NCBI RefSeq assembly: GCF_009914755.1
Contig: NC_060925.1
Direction: 5' to 3' (one strand)
Source: the human T2T-CHM13v2.0 reference genome, Homo sapiens
Length of the DNA: 64,000 bases
Shown piece by piece: positions 14,891 through 29,322 of the stretch. The position numbers and the translations under genes are program-made. The notes beneath the pieces were generated by a model, which was not told the origin of the DNA, did no database searches, and saw only the letters and a list, made by a program, of their open reading frames with translations. Numbering within the stretch: the stretch's first letter is position 1; the number at the start of each line of letters is the position of its first letter.

Positions 14891-15633
14891 TGAAAGTCTT
14901 TCATGAGGGACCTCAAAGGAATATTTGGAATTGGATTTGACACAAATAGTTAGAGAGGAAAGGATGGGTGATGGGATGGATAGAGAGATTCTCCACCTGG
15001 AGAATGTAAATTAAAACCAAAAATCTAACTAAAAAGACAAGAAGAAGGAGAATGTAAAATAATATCACTTAACACATGACCTTTAAACAGTTTAGTCAAG
15101 AAGATAACAATAGGATTGTGTGGGGGTTTTTGCCTTCTTGAAAAGTGATAAAGATATTTTCTTAAAAACTAAATTCCTAACATTTCACTAAGACAAAACA
15201 GATATCCTCCCTTTTCTTAATATCTCTTCCTTAAGTAAATTGGAAAAAAAATTGAGTTCAATTCCACAAATGTATTAAGTTCCAGTTGCAGAATATGACA
15301 ATAATAGCAGAACTAGGGTAAAATTACACGATCATATGGAATAACTGTTTATTTGAAAAAACTATAATCTTTTCTATTGTTCTGCATGGTACTTTCTAAT
15401 TGTAAACTCCTTAAAGAGATCATTAGTAACTGAAGAAAATGTGGAGAGTTCCAAACAATACTTTGAGAGGAAATAAAATCTAAAATGCACAAAAAGCTTT
15501 AGTCAGTAAAATAATAAATTCGGGATTCTTGCTTATCAATTCTACAGTTTTTGTCTTTGAAGTCATTAATTTATACTCATTTAAAACATAATTTTAAACT
15601 TATTATTCATTCTTTTAAAAAAAAAAAACTCAC

Positions 15634-15784
15634 CTGAAGCCTGCATGCGAGTTCTAATAAGGTTCACAGAGAAACTGGCTAACTGACCACAAGTATTAGA
15701 CAATGTACTACATCCCACCAAAATCATTATCCCAGGATTCACAGAGTTTCCTGCATAATTTTCTAGCCAAAAATTCTTCAAAAT
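15634..15784 (-). pseudogene. SLC25A24P1: Exon 9 equivalent (151 bp): [50 protein letters not shown]
   Basis: Acceptor TGCCAG|ATT, donor CAG|GTGAGT; overlaps ORF 15581..15781. Confidence 0.95.
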
Positions 15785-15907
15785 CTGGCAGAAAAGAGAG
15801 TAGTAAATATATTACTGCACAAATACTATGAAATAGAAAACAAAACCTACTACTATGCAACTCTAAATGGAATAAAGTTTTAGTAAGGTGGGGGCTATCC
15901 CTGTAGT

Positions 15908-16225
15908 TTTTTTTTTGTTTTGTTTTGTTCTGTTTGTTTGTTTGTTTGTTTTGTGAAACAGAGTCTTGCTCTGTCGCCCAGGCTGGAGTGCAGTGGCGCA
16001 ATCTCAGCTCCACCTCCCGGGTTCACGCCATTCTCCGGCCTCAGCCTCCTGAGTAGCTGGGACTACAGGCGCCCACCATCATGCCCGGCTAAATTTTTTG
16101 TATTTTTAGTAGAGACGGGGTTTTACCGTGTTAGCCAGGATGGTCTCGATCTCCTGACCTTGTGATCTGCCTGCCTCAGCCTCCCAAAGTTCTGGGATTA
16201 CAGGCGTGAGCCACCGCGCCCGGCC
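15908..16225 (-). mobile_element. AluY/Sc with a small internal deletion and a (TTTG)n tail
   Basis: TSD CTATCCCTGTAGT / CTATTCCTGTAGT. Confidence 0.92.
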
Positions 16226-16311
16226 TCTATTCCTGTAGTCTTATCAGGGACAGGGAGAACTAATGTTTTCAAACCAACATATTCATACAGCCTCAGTTTG
16301 AGTTCCCCTGC

Positions 16312-16398
16312 GTTTTGTTTTGGGTTTTGGTGTTTTTGTTTGTTTGTTTTTGTTTTTTTGTTTTGGGGGGGGGTTTGCTTTGCTTGTTCTTTGGTTTG
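16312..16398. repeat. T/G-rich simple repeat
   Basis: gttttgttttgggttttggtgtttttgtttgtttg. Confidence 0.7.
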
Positions 16399-17329
16399 TA
16401 ATTATATTCAAACAAAAACCTGGAGATTCTCACAGGGATCAACACAATATTTTAGAGAGGAAGACTACACAATCCACTCCAGGTTAACAAAATCACATTT
16501 TCTCAACTTTTAAGAGTCCTCTTTCCCTATTTTCTTTTTCTTGCATAAAAGTGACTGGAAGAAATTAAGAAATATTGAGTTTAAAACATCACTAAGTGCT
16601 TCCAGAACTGTTTATTTATTAAAGGACAGCAACTTTACCATTATGCACTGCAATGATTACTACAAAATGTATAATTTGATGCTTTTGAAAAAATAAATTT
16701 TGAAATGTCTTTACTCAGTATGCACTTATTACAGTCATGTAACAATACAAAGAGAGATGTGTAATGGCATCTGGCAAATGTGTAAAGCAGAAGATACTGA
16801 ACCATAGAAATCAAAGAATGAAGGCAGCCCAACACAAACAGCAGCAACAAACTTATTGTAATAAGATCATAGATGCAAGAAAACAAAAAGAAAAATAAAT
16901 GCCTGCTATAATATTCAATACTTTAAACATCTACGAAAATATAAGTGTACTTGTAAAAGTGCTAAAGGAAGTTATCTGTCTTTCACTTGATGATGACACC
17001 ACTTGCCAAAAATTCCACTGGGCTTGTATCTAGAGAACTGTCCTTCCTCCACTGAGAATGAATTTATTCTAATCACACACCTTCACCTGGTTCTTATGAC
17101 AAAATGGTATATATATTGCTAAGATGCTCTTCCTGAAACAGATGTATGGCCATAGAAATGAAATGATCAGTTGAAAGGGGAGTAAGCTGGCATCCTGCCT
17201 CTGCATTACACTATCAGCTTTTTTGTCCTATCTCCATCCTGCCTTTCTTCCTCAAGCCACAATTACTCCTATCCTCCATTCTCATTTTTACAGCTGTGTG
17301 ATAATATCTCAGCTTTCACAGTCTTACTT

Positions 17330-17690
17330 ATACAACAGATTTTTCTGGGCAGTTAAAAAACCTGAATCCTAGGCCTCTCCTCAGGATAATTTTTAAAAAA
17401 TTTTAAATCTATTTATTTATTTTGAGACCAAGTTATGAGACTGGCCAATTTTTGTATTTTTGGTCAAGATGGGATTTCACTATGTTACCAAGGCTGGTCT
17501 CAAACTCCTGGGCTCAAGGGATCCAACCCCCTCAGCCTCCTGAAGTGCTGGAATTATAGGCCTGAGCCACCGCACTCCACCTCCTCGGGATAATTAAATG
17601 AGAATATCTCAGGATGTGGCCCAAGAATCCTATTTTTTAAAGATCCATATGTATGTGATTCTGATATGCATCCAGGATTGAGAACCACTG
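17330..17690. mobile_element. MER5A-like DNA transposon, split by a short Alu derivative
   Basis: GTGATTCTGATATGCATCCAGGATTGAGAACCACTG terminal motif. Confidence 0.7.
17392..17580 (-). mobile_element. Short Alu derivative (left monomer, linker, GTCTCATAAC, terminal GGTCTC, A tail) with TSD
   Basis: TSD CTCCTCAGGATAATT 17377-17391 / CTCCTCGGGATAATT 17581-17595. Confidence 0.85.
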
Positions 17691-17936
17691 TTTTATCAGA
17701 ACTTAACATTATTATTACCAAAAACTGATTCACAAAAAAAAACAAATAAAAAATTATTACTAGAATACCAGATATGTAACATATAAAATGAAAAATCAAA
17801 TAAAACCATTCAATTCACTCTTTGTCAGAAGCTGTTTTAATGAAAAGTCATTTATAACCATATTTCTACAATAAAAATTGTTGTTCCATATTTGCAAATC
17901 TAACATATAATTGTCATATTATGAGAATAAACTCAC

Positions 17937-18104
17937 CTCATAAACAGCAAGATCTATGCCGGCATAAGGTACAATGCCTAGCAAGTTAGGAGTATAACCT
18001 TTGAAAAAGGATCTGACACCTTCTTGTTTTAGAAGCTTCTTGCCACAATCAATAATCCCTGAATACTCTCCAGTTTTACCTATAGCCAGTCTGGTCTTTA
18101 GTAC
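17937..18104 (-). pseudogene. SLC25A24P1: Exon 8 equivalent (168 bp): [56 protein letters not shown]
   Basis: Acceptor ATTTAG|GTA, donor GAG|GTGAGT; open frame. Confidence 0.95.
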
Positions 18105-18989
18105 CTAAATGTAAAAGAATATAAGAAAGATATATTGATCAGATTCACCCATCTTATTTAGCAATCCAGGGATTTGCATTATCTCATGATGTTTATAAAT
18201 CAGAGAAATCATAAAAGAAAACAATTGTAAACATGATTGTAACTTCTCAATAACTGGCTCTTACTTATGAACAACTGATACAGTACAGAGATATTTTAAA
18301 ATTATTCAAGCAGGAAAATAAAATCAATCCCAGTGTCTTTGAGTGATATATCCATGCAAATTCCTTTAATGTGCCGAAAGGCAACATGTTCTGAAATAAA
18401 TTCATCATTGCTTCGGAAAAAAGAAAACAGCCAAAATTCAAGGTAAAACATATATGGTCATGTTAAAATAAAGAACCAGTATGAATAAAACATTCTACAT
18501 ATGCTTAAAGTACATACTCTGGTAACTATTTTAACAGTGAGGCCCATAGACTGCAATTTTATATAACTTGGGCTCATTCTGTGCTCATAAAGTATTGATA
18601 TTCCAGAAGCTATAAGGACAATAGTAGGCCCAGGTAGGCTGTATATGATCAATATTCCTATGCACAATTTCATTCTCCTGATAGAGTCTCACTCCTTGTC
18701 ATCTTAATTCTATTAATTTAAAGGTGCTTTATACATGCTTGGAGAAATGGCTCTCTAAAACAGCCAGGACATGTACCTCTCGTATCTAAAATAAAAGCTA
18801 AAATTTTTTTTAAGTATAAACTTTGTCTTGATTGAGAAAACTGTGTATCTTGACGGGGCTGCCTCTGAGTGGTCAGTAGGAAGCCTTTTGTTTTATGGAC
18901 TTCTCTGCGGAACTAGACACGTTGGGTAGTCCCATTTTTAAAACTCTATCCTCTCCAGGGCAGTGCACTCTCCTCTTACCCAAGTAAAT

Positions 18990-20055
<1,066 letters not shown>

Positions 20056-20166
20056 TAAGTGATTCTATCAATCAATCAATCAATCAACAAAATTGTTTAT
20101 CTTCTTGGTTCATATACAGTAATACCTGTGTCCTAAACAACAACCATAAAATCTACTGAGGCTGAC

Positions 20167-20341
<175 letters not shown>

Positions 20342-20481
20342 ACCAACTCACTCTTGATATAAGATTTTAATCCTATGGCTATAAAGCTGCTTATTGTACA
20401 AAATACTTACCTGAGATTCATTTATAAAAAGTTATAATTTGCATTAAAATATGACTTTAGTTAAAATTTTATAATACATAC

Positions 20482-20589
20482 CTCCATGGGGTAAATACAG
20501 GTCTGGGCAGTTACACCAGCCAATGAGCCAAATATAAATCTTTCAAGAATTCCTAAATGAACACCATCAAAACTAAGCAATTTCTTATA
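20482..20589 (-). pseudogene. SLC25A24P1: Exon 7 equivalent (108 bp): [36 protein letters not shown]
   Basis: Acceptor ATACAG|TAT, donor GAG|GTATGT; open frame. Confidence 0.95.
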
Positions 20590-21254
20590 CTGTATAAAAA
20601 AATTGAAATGTATAATATTAGTGAAACAAGATATATATTGTTTCTATATTTATGACATTAATTAATTAGTAGTATAAAATTATATTTAAAAGTATACTAG
20701 ATACCCAATATTAGCACAACCTAGCAGAATTCCTTTCATTTTTATGCAATTGATTATCTAAGATAATAAGTAAAGCCCTTTCATTTAGTCTCGCTTCCTC
20801 TTTTTGGTAGAATAAGTTGACAATATTAAATCACTTTATGCATATTTATGAATGTTCTATTTCATAAGAGGCATATAAATGACACAAATGAGACGGAGAT
20901 CATATCTTTTATCTCTTTTCAGCACCACACTTTACATACAGAAAGCACTCAATATTGTTTGGTTACTGGATAGTCAGGAATAGTAACTTAATGTGAGAGC
21001 CTTTTTATTTTTATTTTTAGAGAAACACTTTACTCCTTAGCCTAAGTAATAGCTAGTATATCACAAGAACACATGTGGAGAAAAAGAAAATGTAAATCTA
21101 ACCTTTAGATAAGGCTTCACAGGAACTAAAGTCAACTTTCATTGAGATTAAAACTGGAAAACCACTTAGAATCCAAGATAGCTCTAGTAAGCATATTCTT
21201 TATAATGAATACTAGATATAATATTCCTTTTATTCATTTATATGTCTTCCTTTT

Positions 21255-22070
21255 AGTAACAGGGCTGACTCGGCTACACATTACATTTCCTTTTTCTCCT
21301 TCTTAGATAGGTTATGTGGCTAGGTGTCTAATTTTGGCTAATGAGCTATGAGGGGAAGTTGCATATACAAATTCTGAGACATCACCTTAAAGACACTTGT
21401 CTTTCCTCTACCTAGGAAATGGTAAAGACAGGTACAACCTTTGAAGCCAAATTGTATTGAAAATGGCAGAGCTGTAATGTTAACCCTGGATCACTTGCCT
21501 CTATCTTATTGAAGTTACTGTATTTTGGAATCTTTTTGTTACAATAGCTTAGAATAAACCCTAACAAGTATAGAAATTTGTTCATGGATATAGGGTGCTG
21601 CCATAACTGAAAGCTAAAATATGTGGCAGTTGCTTTATTGTTAGGAAAGGACACAGACATTACAGGCTAAGAAGGTGATGACCTTTTTGATGTTTTATGG
21701 AAATGCTTGACTGAACTGCCTCCTGTGATAATTTTGAAGGTAGACTGTGTGAGCCTGAAGTTCTAGGAAACCTCACTGTAAAATCTCAGAATGTTGTTAG
21801 TGTTGTTTGCTCCTTGCTGCTTTAAGGAAGATCTATGAGACAATGCTAAAACATTGCTCTAATTTATGCCCCAAGGCCTTCTCCAAAGCCACTTTACAAG
21901 CAGAAGTGGGAGGAATAGAGCTCTGCTAAGGGAGCTTTCTTTGCCTGGATTGAGAGTCAAGAAACATGGCACTTCAGATTTGAAAGGCACCTGCTTCTGT
22001 AACCCAACAGAAGAAAATAAGGTTATACTAAAGAGCTTGGCTATCTGCAAAAATCAGATGTTGCTATAAT
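21255..22070 (+). mobile_element. Old MLT1 (G/H-like) LTR plus internal fragment
   Basis: AAGTTACTGTATTTTGGAATCTTTTTGTTACAATAGC LTR end followed by GGGTGCTGCCATAACT internal start. Confidence 0.6.
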
Positions 22071-22099
22071 AATCTCAAAGATCACTGACCACAGATCAC

Positions 22100-22588
22100 T
22101 GTAACAGACATAATACTAATAGATTCTTGCAGGACAAGTCCTTTGATGACCTTGACAACCAAGCTCTTCCCTTTCTTGCTTGTAGTTCTCAAGAATAACT
22201 GTAGAATGTGCTGGAAATGCAACATCCTGAGATAGGGGTAACTGGCCAGACTAGCCTGGGCTCAGTCACCAAGCCTCCTAAAACAGGATATTCTACAGCA
22301 CTAGCCCACATGCCAAGTTGCCCCTGAATATAAAACCCAGAGCTGAGTGCCTTTCAGAGTCTCTCAGCTGCAGTGTAACATGGGACACATGTAGACAAGA
22401 CTCCATCCACCCTGGATGGACTTCCTGAGCTTTGGGGGACTGGCTTGCCATGAATTCTACGCTACTGTTGGCCCTTACTGCCTATCTATGAGTAATAAAG
22501 TTCCTTTGCTTAATTTATTGTGTGTGTTCTGTCTCACCAGAACCATGCAAGTGGTAGAGTAACCAATGCACAGTGAACCTGCTTCACA
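22100..22588 (+). mobile_element. ERVL solo LTR (LTR47-like)
   Basis: TG...CA ends, TATAAAA at about 22329, AATAAA at about 22494, end TGCACAGTGAACCTGCTTCACA. Confidence 0.65.
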
Positions 22589-22589
22589 A

Positions 22590-23020
22590 CCCTGAGACAA
22601 GGCATTGGAGGTGATGCTAGAACATATTGGTAGGGGACTGAGGATGTGAGAAAGGGAATAGCGAAAGCTGATAAAGTATGTGTTACTAAGCAAGCTGCAA
22701 TGATATGCAACTGGGGCTTAATCTTGTTAAGAACTTCTGGGGAATAATATAGACCATAGACTTCAGAATTATCCTACCCAAGTGAACAAGGGCATTAGGG
22801 TATTCATCTACTAATGCCCATCACTTATTAGTGAAAGCTGCTCCCAGGGGCCTTCATTCCCTATCATTTCCAGCCTGCCATTTCCAGAAACAGAACAGGC
22901 TCCAGAGGCCAGAGGAAGACCTTAGGCAAATAGATTTTAGATGCTGGAAGGTAAAAGTCAGGTCACCTTTCACTGATATGGTAAAGCCCAAGGATACATA
23001 GGTGAGCACTTATATATATG
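22590..23020 (-). mobile_element. Old MLT1 (J/K-like) LTR fragment
   Basis: CCCTGAGACAAGG...GGGCTTAATC...CTTCAGAATTATCCTACCC. Confidence 0.45.
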
Positions 23021-23269
23021 GTATTTTACTGCATAGTGGTAACAGTGAATGGGGTAATGATAGCAAACAAAAAGAGAGAAGAACAAAGCAACTAAAAGTT
23101 CAGATTCCTCAGGGATAAAAGCCCATGTTACCCACCGAACAAAAAACTAGCCAAAGTACTGGCCAAATGAGATAACAAATATCAAGTATAGCTTTGAGAA
23201 CAGTTACAATAGTATTGGTTATAATTCCCTCCTGTTGGGTAGAGGAAACAGCATATGAGAAGGACCTGA

Positions 23270-23612
23270 AATAAAAAGGAGCATAGTGTACTAGAATAAG
23301 TGAAAAAAAAGCCAGTTTGGCTGCAAAGAAGAATGAAAGTGAAGAAGAGGGCAGAGGCCAAGTCATTTTGCACCTTGCTAGTCAAAATAAGGATTTTAGA
23401 TGTTGCAATTAAGAGAAATGAGTGACCAGTGGAGGGTTTTAAGGTAGAGAGATGACATAACCAGATTTATCTTTTTAAGAGACTACTCTGGTAGCAGTGT
23501 GAAAAATGGATTGGAGATATGAAGATACCAGTTGGGAATCTATGGCAGTAGTCCAGGCAAAAGATGACTGGCCAGCAATACTGATTAAGAGATAAGAAAT
23601 AATAGATTTCTG
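23270..23612 (-). mobile_element. L2 fragment
   Basis: GGAGGGTTTTAAG...ACTACTCTGGTAGCAGTGTGAAAAATGGATTGG...GCAGTAGTCCAGGC. Confidence 0.6.
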
Positions 23613-25548
23613 GATGTGTTAGCAAGATGGTGGACTAAAAGGTCTCAACATTAGTCCCCCACAAAAACAATGTTTAAACTACCTACCGATTAAAATAGCT
23701 TTGAGAGAGCTCCAGAGTACAATGAAGGAGCTGCAACAACCCAATGGAGCACAAAGCTGAGACTGACCACAAAGGAAAACACAGGAAGCATTTTACCTTT
23801 GTCACCCTAACTCTCAGTCCTGTCCAGCTCTGCACCAAGAGAGATCTCCCAGGTCACAACTGCCCTCTGGTGGGAGGAAACAAGAGCAGAAAGACCCCAG
23901 CAGCCTTCACCACCAAGGACTACCACAGCCTTTGCCAGTGCTTCCCTCAGCTGACAGCTGCCTGAAGTACACATTTCTGTGCCCCACAACCAGAAAGTGC
24001 TGCCACTGTGCCCCGTCCAGGCCAGAGCCATGTACTATCCAGCACATACCCCCATACCCCAGCTCGGCAACTGTTCCACTCATGCCTGCATTCCAAACAT
24101 TAGCACCACCACTGCCCCACACATACTTGTGCCTCAGATTCCGATAACACACAGACAGTTTGTGTGTTCTACACTCCAGATCTAGGCACCACTGCCACTC
24201 TGTGTGTCCTGGACAATGGCACCACCACCACTATGAGTACCCTTGTATCCCAGACCCTAGTACAAAGAGGGATCCTCTCAACCACAACTTCTCCCCATGA
24301 GTGAAAAGGAGAGAAGGGCATGCCAGCAGCCTTCACCACAGAGGACCTAATCAGCCCTCACTGTCACTGCAGGCACCTTTAACCTTGGTCGCCAGGGACC
24401 ACTGCAGTCTTTGCTGATGTGGACCTAAGCTGATGGAGATGCCTGCAGTCTATGCTGCTATACTTCCCCTTTAACCAAAGCTGCCGCACTCCAGCCATCC
24501 ACACCCTCACACCTACCTGCAGACGATGGTTTTCCCCCACCAAAGCCAGTCTGTAAAGCCTAGAAGTGACTCTTCCTTCAAATGTTTAAATGCAAACACA
24601 AAGTTACAAAGAACACAGGAAGAAATCATGGAAACTTTTCATCACCAAAAGAATATAATAATTTTCTAGTAACTGGACCCAAAGAGATGGAGATCTACAA
24701 ATTGCCTGACAAATAACCCAAAGTAATTGTTTTAAAGAAGTTCAGCAAGCTAGAGAAACATATGTCAACTTGAAGACAGGTCATTTGAAATTATCCAGAA
24801 GAGAAAAAAGAAAAAAGAATGAAAAAAGAAATTCTATGGAATTTATGGGACACCGTCAAGCAAATCAATATATGCATTATGGAAGTTCCAGAAGGAGAAG
24901 AGAGATAAAAGGGGAGAAGAGAGATAAAAGGGAAGTAGAGAGCTTATTTAAAGAAACAATGGCCGAAAACTTGCCAAATCTTGAAAGGGAAATGGACATC
25001 CAGGCTCCTGAAACTCAAAGATTCCCCAAACAGGATCAACCCAAAGAGGAATACACTAAGACACTTTAGGATCAAATTAAATTGCCAAGGTGAAAAACAA
25101 AGAGAATTCTGAAAGCAGTAAAAGAAAAGTGACTCATCATATATAAGGTGAACCTTATAAAACTATTAGTTAATTTCTCAGCTAAAAGATGTATAACAGC
25201 AAAGTGTGGAATGATACAGTCAAAGCACTAAAGAAGAAAAACTCTGTCAATCAATAATACTATACCTGGAAAAATTACACTTTAAAATGAAAGACAGATA
25301 AAATATTTCCCAGGCAAACAAAAACTGAGGGAGTTTGTCAACACTATACCTGTTGTACAGAAATGCTTAAGAGAATTCCTCAAATTGAAAAGAAAATATG
25401 CCAAACAGCAATGCAAAAACATGTGTAACAATAAATCTCACAGGAAAAGGTAAATATATAGACAAATATATATTAATGTAACATTGTAATGGGGATGCAC
25501 AAATTACTTTAAGTGTAATATGAAAGTTAAAAATATAAAAATTTGTTA

Positions 25549-26596
25549 GCAAAATAAACTATCAACAGATCAACAACAGATCAATAGAGTAAACAAACAA
25601 CCTAGAGAATGGGAAAAAATTTTTGCAAACCACACATCTGACAAAGGTCTAATATCCAGCATCTATAAGGAACTTAAATAAATTTACAAGAAAAAAAAAA
25701 ACAAACCACCCCATAAAAAAGTGGGCAAAGGACATGAACAGATACTTCTCAAAAGAAGATATACATGTGGCCAACAAGCATATGAAAAAAACAACTCAAC
25801 ATTATTCATCATTAGAGAAACGATCAAAACACAATGAGATACCATCTCACACCAGTCAGAATGACCATTATTAAAAAGTCAAAAAATAACAGATGCTGGC
25901 AAGATTGTGGAGAAAAAGGAACACTTACACTGTGGGTGGGAGTGTAAATTAGTTCAAGCATTGTGGAAGACAGTGTGGTGATTCCTCAAAGACCTAAAGA
26001 TAGAAATGCCATTTGACCCAGCAATCCCATTACTGGGTATATACCTAAGGGAATATAAATCATTCTGTTACGAAGACACATGCACAAATATGTTCATGGC
26101 AGCACTATTCACAATAGTAAAGACATGGAATCAACCTAAATCCCCATCAATGATAGACGGGATAAACAAAATGTGGTACATATACACCCTGGAATACTAT
26201 GCAGCCATAAAAAAGAATGAGATCATGTCCTTTTCAGGAACATGGATGGAGGAGGTGGAGGACATTATCCTTAGGAAACTAATGCAGGAACAGAAAACCA
26301 AATACTACATGTTCTCACTTATAAGTGGGAGCTAAATGATGAGAACACATGGAAACATAGAGGGGAACCCCAGTGTTCCCCTCTGGGAACCTGGGGCCTA
26401 TTAGAAGGTAGAAGGTAGGAGGAGGGAGAGAATCAGAAAAAATAACTAATAGACACTAGGCTTAACACCTGGGTGACGAAATAATCTGCACAACAAGCCC
26501 CCATGACACACATTTACCTATGTAACAAACCTGCACATGTGCCCCTGAAGGTAAATGTTCAAAAAAAAATAAAAAATAAAAACTTTTTAAAAATTA
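25549..26596 (+). mobile_element. 5'-truncated L1PA11-13-like insertion
   Basis: TSD AAAAATTTGTTA / AAAAAGTTGTTA; ORF2 C-terminal ORF 26006..26335. Confidence 0.82.
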
Positions 26597-27030
26597 AAAA
26601 AGTTGTTAATGAATACACAATACAAAAAGTATCAAACTCTGATTATAAGAACACAGAATGAGAGAGGGAAGTAAAGTGTAGAGTTTTTGTATGTGACTGA
26701 AGTTAAGTTGTATCAACTTAAAATAGATTATTACAATTACAAATATTTTATGCAAGTCTCAAAGTAACCACAAAAGAAAAACTCTGATACACAAATGACA
26801 AAGTGAAAAGAGTCAAAACAAATCATTGCAAAAAAAATCATAAAATAACCAAGAAAGACAGGAAGAGAAGAAAACAACTGCAAAACAGAAAACAATTAAC
26901 AAGATGGCAATAGTAAGTTTTTACCTATTAATAATCACTTTAAAGGTAAATGCATTAAACTCACCAATCAAGAAACATACAGTGGCTGAATGGATACAAG
27001 AGACCCACTTTATATATATACATATGTTGG

Positions 27031-27321
27031 GTTTTTTTTCTCTTATTTTCGAGATAAGGTCATCTTCCTCTGTCATCCAGGCTGGAGTGCAATGGTATGA
27101 TCATAGCTCACTGCAGCCTCGAACTCCTGAGCTCAAGTGATCCTCTTGCCTCAGCCTCCTGAGTAGCTAGGACTACAGGAAGGGCTTTTTTTTCTTTTTG
27201 TAGAGATGGAGGGGTCTCACTATGTTGTCCAGGATGGTCTTGAACTCCTGGCCTCAAGTGACCCTCCTGCCTCCGTCTCCAAAAGCACTGAGATTACAGG
27301 TGTGAGCCACCATGTCTGACC
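27031..27321 (-). mobile_element. AluJ
   Basis: Antisense AluJ dimer. Confidence 0.88.
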
Positions 27322-27982
27322 TCACTTTATATTTAAAGACACATATGGGGTGAAAGTGAAGGGATAGAAAAAGACAGTTCATGCAAACAGTAACCAAAAG
27401 AAAGCATGCATGGCTATACTTAGACAAAATAGACATCTCCAGACACAAAGAATGACACTATATAATGATAAAAGGAGTGATTGAACAGGAAGATATAACA
27501 AATATAAATATATGTGCACCCAACATCAGAGTTCCTAAATATATAAAGTAAATATTGACAAAACCGAAGGGAAAGATAGCAATGCAATAATAGTAGGGAA
27601 CTTTAATACCCCACTTTCAGTCATGGATAGAACCCCCAGACAGAATATCAATAAAGAAACAGGTGATTTAAACAACAAATAAACCGAATGGACCTAACAA
27701 CCATATATAGAACTTACCACCCAACAGCAGCAGTAGAATACTCATTCTTCTCAAGCATACATGAAACATTCTCCAGTACAGACCACATGTTAGGTCACAA
27801 AACAAGTCTTAACAAATTTAAGAAAAGTAAAGTCATTCCAAGTATCTTTTATGACCACAATGGAATAACACTGGAAAATAATAAGCAACAAGAAAATGAA
27901 AAAAATTCACAATATATGCATACTAATCAACATACTCTTGAACAACTAATAAGTTGTTTCAAAAGCAATTTAAATTCCAATT

Positions 27983-28288
27983 TCTTTCTTTTTTTTTTTT
28001 TCTTTGAGATGGAGTTTCGCTCTTGACGCCCAGGCTGGAATGCAGTGGTGCAATCTTGGCTCACGGCACCTCCACTTCCAGGGTTCAAGCGATTCTCCTG
28101 CCTCAGCCTCCCAAGTAGCTGGGATTACAGGCGCCCGCCACCACGCCCGGCTAATTTTTTGTATTTTTAGTAGAGACGGGATTTCGCCATGTTGGCTAGG
28201 CTGATCTCAAACTCCTGACCTCAGGTGATCTGCCCACCTCGGCCTCCCAAAGTGCTGGGATTGTAGGCGTGAGCCACCGCGACCAGCC
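27983..28288 (-). mobile_element. AluS (Sp/Sq-like)
   Basis: GGAGTTTCGCTCTTG diagnostic; full dimer. Confidence 0.92.
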
Positions 28289-28713
28289 AAACCCCAGTTT
28301 CTAGAAGGAAACCAAAAGAGAATTTTAAACATATCTTGAAGAAAAAAAAAACTACAAGATATCAAACCTTACAGGATGCAGCAAAAGTAGTACTAAGAGG
28401 GAATTCTATAGCAATACATGCCTGGATTAAAAAAAAAAAAAAGATCTCAAGGAAGCAACCTAATATGAAGAAACTAGCAAAAGAAAAACAAACTAATCCC
28501 AAAATTAACATAAAGAAGGAACTCATAGAGATTAGAGAGTAGAAATAAATCAAATAGAGAATAGAAAGGCAATAAAAGAAATCAATAAAGCTGAGTTGCT
28601 GTTGCTGTAGTTGTTGGTTTTTTGTTTGTTTTTGAAGATAAACAAAACTGACAAAACCATAGCTAGACTAAGGAAAAAAAGAGAGAAGGCTTAAATAACC
28701 AAAATTATAAATA

Positions 28714-29322
<609 letters not shown>

